From NCBI GenBank assembly GCA_030447545.1, contig JAUJOV010000005.1, positions 3,308 to 67,307 of the forward strand: a stretch of 64,000 nt of DNA, read 5' to 3'. Under the pieces are notes generated by a model. It searched no databases. It was not told the DNA's origin and saw only the letters and a list, made by a program, of their open reading frames with translations. A program made the position numbers and the translations under genes. Below are positions 56,375-64,000 of the stretch, in pieces. The number at the start of each line of letters is the position of its first letter. Within the stretch, counting starts at the first letter, position 1. This DNA comes from Sphingomicrobium sp. (lineage in GTDB: Bacteria > Pseudomonadota > Alphaproteobacteria > Sphingomonadales > Sphingomonadaceae).

Positions 56375-56827
56375 CTTTCTTCGAAGACCTCGATCCCGGG
56401 TGGCTGTGGATGATCGGCGGCGTCGTGCTGCTGATCGCCGAGCTGCTCGCGCCAGGCTTCTTCCTCGTCTTCATCGGCGCGGCAGCGGTTGCGACAGGGC
56501 TGTTCACCCTGCTGTTCGACCTCGGCATAGCGCCTCAGCTCGCGCTGTTCGCGCTGTACAGCATCATCGCACTGATGGTCGGCCGCCGAGTCTACGCGAA
56601 CCAGGGCGTCGAAAGCAGCGATCCGCTGCTCAACGACCGGGCAGCGCAGCTGGTCGGCCGGAGCGTCCATGTGATCACGGCGGTCGATGAGCACAGCGGC
56701 CGAGTGCGCGTCGGCGACGGCGAATGGAGCGCTCGCGGGGCCCTGCCGACGCGGGGGAGCGCGCATAACGGGGGTTGAAGGAAACTGCCTTCTGGTCGAG
56801 CCTGACCGCCGACTTCCACCCACCTGA
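56371..56827 (+). CDS. Short NfeD-family membrane protein (frameshift ~56740-56765)
   Basis: W...G..LLIAELL.PGFFL, LNDRAAQLVGR, GRVRVGDGEWSA; shifted frame gives ITGVEGNCLLVEP..* at 56827. Confidence 0.9.
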
Positions 56828-56840
56828 CGGAGCCTGCGTC

Positions 56841-58678
56841 TTGTCCCAATTCCCACTGAGCCGCCGCGAGGCGCTTGCCGGCCTCGCCGCGACCACTGCC
56901 CTCCCCTTCGCGTCCGTACCGGCATTCGCGCAGGCGGCAGGATCCACCAGCGAAGCGCAGGCCACTGCCCTGCTCGCTTCCATTGCCGAGAACCTCCTGT
57001 GGCTCTCGCCGAAAGCGCGACTTCGCTCGGAATCGACAAGGGCAATCGCGCGCCGCTCCGCTGGAGGCTCAGCGACCGCTCCGGAATCGGGCAGCAGCGC
57101 CTCGCCCAGACCATCCGCGCCGACCTCGCCCGCGCGAATGCCATCGACACTTCCGGGCTGAGCCACGCCACGCGCACAAGCGTCGAGGTTGTCCGAAGCG
57201 CCTATGCGACGGCGCTGGAGGGGTTCATGCTGCCCTATGGCGACGTCGCCGTCGGCGGCTGGCGCAACACGCCCTATGTCGTGATCCAGAACGTCGGCGC
57301 GTACATCGACGTGCCGCGCTTCCTCGACAGCGAGCACCAGATCAACAATGCGGCCGATGCCGAGGCCTATCTCGCCCGCCTCGCCTCCTACCCCAAACAG
57401 CTCGACAATGAGCTGGGGCGGGTGATGATGGCCCGCTGGAAGGGGCTGATCCCGCCCGCCTTCCTGCTCGACACCGCAATCTCGCAGATGCGCCAGTCGG
57501 CCGAAGGCGCGCGCAAGGGCGGCACTCTGGTCGAATCGATCGAGCGCCGAACCAAGGAAAAGGGCATCGCCGGCGACTGGAGCGCACGCGCCCGCGCGAT
57601 CGTCACTCGCGAGGTCGTGCCGGCGCTCGAGCGCCAGCTCGCCGAGCTCACCCTCCAGCGCGGAATGGCCAACAATCATCCGGGCATATGGGCGCGGCCG
57701 AACGGCGAAGAATATTACCGCTGGGCGGTCAAGGCCTCGACCACCACCAACATGAGCCCCGACGAGATCCACCAGCTCGGCATCGACACGCTGCGCACGC
57801 TCCACGCGCAGATGGACCCTATCCTCAGGAGCATCGGCTACACCAAAGGCTCCGTCGGCGCCCGGATGCAGGCGCTGTCGAAGGACCCGCGCTACCGCTT
57901 CGCCGACAATGACAAGGGCCGCGCGGACGTGATGGCGTTCATCCAGGAGCGGCTCGCGATGATCCGCGCCAAGATGCCCCAGGCATTCAACACGCAGGTG
58001 CGCGGCAATGTCGAAGTCCGGCGACTTCCGCCGGAGGAGGAGCCCGGGGCGCCCGGCGCCTATGGCGGCGCCGGCTCGATCGACGGCACGATTCCGGGCA
58101 AGTTCTGGATCAACCTCAAGCCCGGGTTCGAGCACACCCGCTACGACCTGCCGAGCCTGACTCATCACGAGGCCATCCCGGGCCACGTCTGGCAGGGCGA
58201 ATATGCCAACAAGCTTCCGCTGATCCGCACCCTCCTCTCGTTCAACGCCTATTCCGAAGGCTGGGCACTCTACGCCGAGCAGCTCGCCGACGAGTTCGGC
58301 GTCTATGAAGGGTTCGAGGTGGGCCGCCTCGGCTATCTCAACTCGATCGCCTTTCGCGCCGCTCGCCTCGTCGTCGACACCGGCCTCCACCACAAGCGGT
58401 GGACTCGCGAGCAGGCGCGGCAGTTCTTCCTCGAAGCCGTCGGCGATCCCAACGCGAGCGAAGTCGACCGCTACGCAAGCTGGCCCGCTCAGGCGCTCGG
58501 CTATGAAGTCGGGCACCAGGAGATCAATCGCCAGCGCGAAAAGGCGCGTTCGGCGCTCGGGCCCCGCTTCGACATCAAGGCGTTCAACGACGCCGTCGTG
58601 CTCGGCGGCAACGTGCCGATGGACGTGCTCGCCAGGAACGTCGACGCCTATATCGCGACTGCACGTACCGGGACCTAG
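56841..58678 (+). CDS. DUF885-family metallopeptidase-like protein with Tat signal (frameshift ~57010)
   Basis: LSRREAL signal; HEAIPGHVWQ, AYSEGWALYAE, RAARLVVDTGLH, EVDRY..WPAQA, FDIKAFND. Confidence 0.9.
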
Positions 58679-59121
58679 GGGAGCCGCGCCAGGTCGGGCT
58701 CGACAAACCTCCGCCGCGCCTCGACCGAGTTCAGCCGCTGCGCGCTGTAGAACCGCAGCGGCCAGTCTCGTCGGCCCATCGGCGAGACAAGCAGTGCGTT
58801 CACCAGCTCGACCAGCGGCCGCTCGACGTCGGCGCCGGCGAGGAACAGGCGAACGCCCCGCAGAAAGGTGCGCGTGATCGTCTCGTGATAGCCTTCGCTG
58901 TCGCTGTTCACCCCTCCGACGCTCGCATTGTAGCCGCGAATGATCTCGGGAAGCTCCGAGTCGAGGTCGATGTCCGACCGCCGCAGCAGAAACCAGATCG
59001 TCGCGGCGAGATGCGCCTCGTGAGTCCATTCCGGCCGCGGCAGGGTGCGCGCAAGCAGGCCCTCGCCGATGCGCGCAACCTCATCGTCGCTTGCGAACAG
59101 TCGCGGTGAAAAATCGGTCAT
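58675..59121 (-). CDS. Hypothetical protein (148 aa)
   Basis: Clean ORF; motifs WTHEAHL, GYHETIT, FYS..RL.S.EAR..FVEPD. Confidence 0.75.
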   Translation of the reverse strand: MTDFSPRLFASDDEVARIGEGLLARTLPRPEWTHEAHLAATIWFLLRRSDIDLDSELPEIIRGYNASVGGVNSDSEGYHETITRTFLRGVRLFLAGADVERPLVELVNALLVSPMGRRDWPLRFYSAQRLNSVEARRRFVEPDLARLP

Positions 59122-59165
59122 TCGATCGGGTCCTTGGCGGAAGCCCGATCAACAAGACCGGGCGG

Positions 59166-60797
59166 TCAGGCGGGCGTAGGCTGGCCTTGCGCCTGTTGAG
59201 GCTGCCGGGGCCGCGGCGCCGCCTGGCGCACGCCCTCGTCGACATGGTCGGCGAATTCGGCGAAGTTCTCGACGAACAGATCGACGAGCCTCGCGGCGGT
59301 GCGGTCGTACTCGTCCTTGTCCGCCCAAGTGCTGCGCGGATCGAGCAGGTGCGTCCAGCCCTCGAGCGCCACCGGCACTTCGAAGCCGAAGTTCGGGTCC
59401 TTGCGGAACTCGGCATTGTTGAGGCTGCCGTCGAGCGCCGCGTTGAGCAGCGCGCGCGTGGCCGCGATCGGCATGCGCTTGCCGACGCCGTACTTGCCGC
59501 CGGTCCAGCCGGTGTTGACCAGCCAGCACGTGACGCCGCCGCGCGCGATCCGCTCCTTGAGCAGGTTGCCGTACACCGACGGATGGCGCGGCATGAACGG
59601 CGCTCCGAAGCAGGTCGAGAAGGTCGCCTCGGGCTCGGTCACGCCGATCTCCGTGCCCGCGACCTTGGCCGTGTAGCCCGACAGGAAATGGTACATCGCC
59701 TGGTCGGGAGTCAGCCGCGCGATCGGCGGAAGAACCCCGAACGCATCGGCGGTGAGCATCACGATGTTCTTGGGCACCGGCCCCATGTTCTGGGCCGAAG
59801 AATTGGGGATGAAGTCGATCGGATAGGCGCCGCGGCTGTTCTCGGCGAGGCCCGGGTCGTCGAGGTCGAGCTCGCGCGTGACCGGGTCCATCACGACATT
59901 CTCGAGCACCGTGCCGAAGCGCCTGGTCGTCGCGTAGATCTCGGGCTCCGCCTCGGCCGACAGGCGGATCATCTTGGCGTAGCAGCCGCCCTCGAAATTG
60001 AACACCGCCGTGTCCGACCAGCCATGCTCATCGTCCCCGATCAGCGTCCGGTTGGGGTCGGCCGACAGGGTCGTCTTGCCCGTCCCCGAGAGGCCGAAGA
60101 AGATCGCCGAATCGCCGTTCGGTCCGATGTTTGCCGAGCAATGCATCGGCATGATCCCGCTCGTCGGCAGGATGAAGTTCAGCAGGCCGAACACTGACTT
60201 CTTCATCTCGCCGGCATAAGCGGTGCCGCCGATCAGGATCAGCTTCTTCTCAACGTTGACGGCGATCACCGTCTCGCTGCGGCAGCCGTGCCGCTGCGGG
60301 TCCGCGCGGAAGCTCGGCAGGTCGATGATCGTATATTCGGGGACGAAGTCCGCCAGTTCGCCCGCTTCCGGCCGCACCAGGAGCGTCCGGATGAACAGAT
60401 TGTGCCAGGCAAGCTCGTTGATCACGCGTACTCGAACGCGATGCTCTCTCTGCGAGCCGCCGTAGAGGTCGGAGACGTAAAGCGTGTCCTTCTGGCCCAG
60501 CGCCACAAGGAAGTCCTCGTACAAGCGGTCGAACGCCTGCGCGTCCATCGGCTTGTTGGTCTTGCCCCACCACACGGCGCCCTCGGAAACCGGGTTGCGG
60601 ACGATGAACCGGTCCTGGGCGCTTCGTCCGGTATGCTTGCCGGTCCTGACGACGAGTGGCCCGTCCTTGGCGAGCAGGCCCTCCCCGCGGCGCACCGAAT
60701 GCTCGACAAGCGGCGCCGTGGTCAGGTTCCAGTGAATGTCTGCGCCGCTCACGATGCCCTGTGCGTCAAGGCCGTGCTGCGGTACCCGGTCGGTCAA
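59166..60797 (-). CDS. pckA: Phosphoenolpyruvate carboxykinase (ATP)
   Basis: [58 protein letters not shown]; probable TTG start after GAGGAG. Confidence 0.98.
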   Translation of the reverse strand: MTDRVPQHGLDAQGIVSGADIHWNLTTAPLVEHSVRRGEGLLAKDGPLVVRTGKHTGRSAQDRFIVRNPVSEGAVWWGKTNKPMDAQAFDRLYEDFLVALGQKDTLYVSDLYGGSQREHRVRVRVINELAWHNLFIRTLLVRPEAGELADFVPEYTIIDLPSFRADPQRHGCRSETVIAVNVEKKLILIGGTAYAGEMKKSVFGLLNFILPTSGIMPMHCSANIGPNGDSAIFFGLSGTGKTTLSADPNRTLIGDDEHGWSDTAVFNFEGGCYAKMIRLSAEAEPEIYATTRRFGTVLENVVMDPVTRELDLDDPGLAENSRGAYPIDFIPNSSAQNMGPVPKNIVMLTADAFGVLPPIARLTPDQAMYHFLSGYTAKVAGTEIGVTEPEATFSTCFGAPFMPRHPSVYGNLLKERIARGGVTCWLVNTGWTGGKYGVGKRMPIAATRALLNAALDGSLNNAEFRKDPNFGFEVPVALEGWTHLLDPRSTWADKDEYDRTAARLVDLFVENFAEFADHVDEGVRQAAPRPRQPQQAQGQPTPA

Positions 60798-60880
60798 ATC
60801 CAGCTCCTCAATTGTCTTTCGCATGGATAAAGCCGCGGCGCCCGACACGAGGCTGCAGCCACTTAGGTTTGCGCGGGAGC

Positions 60881-60910
60881 GCTATAGACCGGAAAATCTC
60901 GCCCGGTCAA
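60881..60910 (-). promoter_or_regulatory. Putative sigma70 promoter of pckA
   Basis: TTGACC-N18-TATAGC on minus strand. Confidence 0.5.
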
Positions 60911-60953
60911 AGCAGCGGCCGGTCCGTCAGCAGGTCAGATTGAAATTCGGCCA

Positions 60954-60981
60954 TCTCCGCTTTCGACCCATTGCGGACATG
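60954..60981 (+). repeat. 28-bp imperfect palindrome, copy 2
   Basis: TCTCCGCTTTCGACCCATTGCGGACATG; arms TCCGC/GCGGA around a 12-nt core. Confidence 0.8.
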
Positions 60982-61009
60982 TCGCTAGGGGGCGTACAGG
61001 TCACCCGAC

Positions 61010-61519
61010 ATGAAAGACTCCTTCGCTAGGGCAGTCGCAGCTCAGGGCCGCGACGACCACATTCGCGCCATTCTCGCGGAGGTAGCCCGGATCACCCACG
61101 CCGGTTTCGTGGCCGTCGCGCGAGTCACCGAAGATCGCTGGATCGCGTGCCAGGTGAGTGACGAGATGGAGTTCGGGATCGGACCGGGCGACGAGCTCGA
61201 GATCGAAACCACGATCTGCAAGGAGATCAGGGACTGCGGTTGCGCAATCGTGATCGACCATGTCAACGCAGAGCCCGAATGGCGCAACCATCCTGTTCCG
61301 GCGCTCTACGGCTTTCAGAGCTACGCCTCGTTTCCGATCGTTCTGGAAGACGGCAGCTTCTATGGCACTTTGTGCGCGATCGACAGAGAACCAAGAGCGC
61401 TCAGCGCTCGAACCATGGTGGCTGTTCTCCAGAAGCAGGCAGAACGCATCGCCGAGATCCTGTCGAGCCAGCCGGCTCCGCTTGCCGATGCTGGCCGGTC
61501 GTCAGCGCGGCACGCATAG
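61010..61519 (+). CDS. Stand-alone GAF-domain protein
   Basis: AVARVTEDRWIAC, PGDEL.IETTIC.EI, VIDHV, YGFQSYASFPI...DGSFYGTLCAID..P; no output domain. Confidence 0.88.
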   Translation: MKDSFARAVAAQGRDDHIRAILAEVARITHAGFVAVARVTEDRWIACQVSDEMEFGIGPGDELEIETTICKEIRDCGCAIVIDHVNAEPEWRNHPVPALYGFQSYASFPIVLEDGSFYGTLCAIDREPRALSARTMVAVLQKQAERIAEILSSQPAPLADAGRSSARHA

Positions 61520-61597
61520 GCTTGTGGTGAAGTGATTCTGCGTTTCGCCGGTGCCTCGGCGAGTCTGCCTTTCAACCACTCAGAACAGTCGGGCCGA

Positions 61598-61625
61598 TGT
61601 CCCCTTTCGACCCATTCCGGACATT
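61598..61625 (+). repeat. 28-bp imperfect palindrome, copy 3
   Basis: TGTCCCCTTTCGACCCATTCCGGACATT; same orientation as copy 2. Confidence 0.8.
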
Positions 61626-61665
61626 AGCGGCCTAGGTCATTTTGGCCGCCGGGGCAGCTAACCGG

Positions 61666-64000
61666 TTATTCTGATTCTATTGACAGGCCGGGCCTAGCGG
61701 CTGCCCCTACCATGCGCACGCCCAGATCCGACCCGAAGTCATGACGGTAAGCGATCTTCGCCTCCGGGATGATGCCGCCGAAGTTGCCGGCCCACTTGAG
61801 GCCCAGCACGCCCGACGTCTGGCTCTCGGTCTGGTCGTCGAACCGAAGGTTCGCGCCACCCATTCCCGACTCTTCGAAGCCATCCAGCTTCAGGCTGGTG
61901 TGGTCGAGGGCCGCAAACGGAGTGAGCCACGATGCGCCGCCCATGTTGAAGCGGCCACCAGCTCACCGTAGAACGACCACACCGTCAGGGCAGGATCGGC
62001 GCGGCTTTCGCCGGCCAGCGTCCCGATGTCGAACCGGCGTTCAAGGTCACCGTCGAGCTTGGCGCGGCTGCCAAGACCGCGGATGTAGAAGCTGCCGACG
62101 TCGTACGCCGCGGTGAGGCCGAGCTGCCAGCCCGAAGCCTCGGCCTCGCTGCCGACGATCGCATCGGCGAAGGCGACGTCGATGTCGCGATAGCCAAGGA
62201 ACCCGCCAAGCAGCAAGTTGCCGAACTGGACGTCGCCGCCCAGCATCGCCGACCAGCTCTTCGCATCGTACGTTCCGGTTCGAGTCGAGCTCCGCGTCGT
62301 TGTAGGTGCCCATCACCCAGACGCGTGCGCGATGCTCGGGCGCCCGGCACGCATCGATGCCGCGGATGTTGATCGCGCAGTCGAGCTGGTCCCCGACGAA
62401 GTTGTTGGTGACGAACGAGTTGTTCCGAACTGCATGCAGGTAGTTCGGATACTCGACGCCGCTCAACTGATCGAAAGCATCGAACAAGTCAGCATCGTTG
62501 AGCGTGAACAACTGCGCGACCAGGCCGGCAAAGGGTCCGTCCAGGTCGGTCGAGTAGACGTTCTCGAGCGCCGTGCCGACTGCCTCCTGGTTGCCGGCAG
62601 CCCCTCGACCGCGTTGAACGCGATTCGCGTAAGCCCGAGGTCGACGTTGTTCTGACCGTCATAGATGCAGCCGAACTCGATCAGCGCAGCGGCATCGACG
62701 TCGACGCCGTTGACGAGGCACTGGTCGAACTGGCCATTGCGCTGGTTCGCGTCGATCACGTTGTTGAAGAACAAAGTGTCCGGGAACAAGCCGTTTGCGG
62801 CGATGCTGCCGATCCGAGCATCCAGCGTGCCGTCGAGGTTCGCGACCTCCGCGAACACCTGCGGATAGCTGCCGATCGGCTGAACGCCCGCGTCCGCGCG
62901 ATCGAGCTCGAGCGCCAGCGTGCCATTGTCACCCACATTGAACACGTCGACGAACACGTAGGAGGGGCCCTCACCGTCGAACACGCTGTCGGTGCCGTCC
63001 AGAAGGAACAGGGTGCCGCCCTCGTTGATCGTCAGCGTGCCCTGGCCGCAGGCGCTGAGCGCCGGGTCGTCGAAGGTCAGCGCCGTGGGCCCGCCGGCCG
63101 GCATGCACTCCGGATTGACGATGCCGTCGAGGCTGGTTTCGCCGTCCTGGACAAGGATCACATCATCGGCCCGGATGTCGATGTTGCCGTTGATGGCGCC
63201 ATCGCCGAGCAGGTTGATGACCGCGTCGTTCGGAGCAGCCGCAACGTCGATCGCCATTCCAGGCCGGAAAGTGGCGCCGCCATCGTCGCTCTCGCGAGCG
63301 GTGATGGTGCCGCCATTGTTGGTGATCGTCACGACGTCGCCGGCGGCCGGAGCAATGCCCGTGCCGTTGCCGACGATGAGGATGCCGTTGGCCTGGGCTT
63401 CACCGCCATCCTGAGTGATCGCGGTGGTCACGCTCAGCGCACCGCTGTTGTTCACTGTCGCGGAACCGTCGCCAGCAGCGTCGACCCGCTGATGGATGGC
63501 TCCTTCGATCTCGGGCGGATTGGCGAGATCAAGGTCGCCGATGTTGGTGATGTCGTCAGGGTCGACAGTACCGACTGCCGCAACGGCTTCCGCCCGGCCC
63601 TGAGTGGCGGCCGCATTCGCCGTAGCGGCGAACGTCATCGTGCCGGTTGGTCAGGGTTGCGGATCCATCGCCGACGAAGGTGACGGCGGCCTCGCCTTCT
63701 ACGACGGTGATCTCTCCGGGGAAAACGTCCTGCCGGACGCCGTTGTTGATGAGCGCGAATGCATTCGATCAAGCCCACTGGCATCGGCGATGGCATTGAC
63801 GGTAAGCGTGCCGTCGTTGTTCATCGACGCGTCTGCATCGGCGCCATCGTTTCCGATGGCCACCTGTTCAACCGCCGTACCGACCCCAGCGGTTGCGAAA
63901 GCGTTGCCGAACTGCGCGGCTCCGACGTCCGCGTCCGCAACAACGTCCGCGTTCGCGCTCGCGGTGATGGCGAGGGTGCCGCCGTTGTTGAAGTCGACAG
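61666..64000 (-). pseudogene. Large autotransporter-like surface protein, frameshifted, barrel apparently 3'-truncated; 5' part beyond window
   Basis: Ala/Asn/Gly/Thr-rich beta-helical passenger (NNSGALSV, NNGGTITA), linker AFDQLSGVEY, barrel strands (ARVWV.G, GWQLG..A.YD, LTPFAALD...LDGFEESG..GANL, IAYRHDF) over at least 5 frame segments. Confidence 0.8.

Noticed and set aside
60954-61625. 28-bp repeats as a CRISPR array
   Set aside because: Copies are ~640 bp and ~25 kb apart, not separated by 30-40-nt spacers; no cas genes seen.

Overview
High-GC alphaproteobacterial chromosome segment. Gene content and order resemble Sphingomonadaceae (inference, not a database result). It is mostly core genes: clpP, tig, tRNA-Leu, gatCAB, ruvX, pyrB, serB/miaA/ilvC, mutL, mreBCD-mrdA-rodA, tRNA-Lys, aspS, rnd, purMN, ndk, holC, pepA, lptD-surA-pdxA-rsmA, guaB, pckA. 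Many genes carry frameshifts or in-frame stops, including normally important ones (mrdA, mreD, guaB, serB, mutL), most simply explained by a noisy long-read or low-coverage consensus. No CRISPR array, transposase or integrase was seen. The most notable unexplained structures are: (i) a ~28-bp imperfect palindrome (consensus TGTCCGC-TTTCGACCCATT-GCGGACA) in three clear copies, two bracketing a stand-alone GAF gene like a cassette and one bounding the accessory segment next to tRNA-Lys; (ii) two TonB-dependent receptor genes that have both lost their plug/N-terminal half at sharp junctions; (iii) an orphan ParA plus putative DNA-binding partner flanked by two SPOR-domain envelope proteins; (iv) a lipoprotein / Tat-M48 peptidase / lipoprotein operon. 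None is demonstrated to be a new system from the sequence alone.
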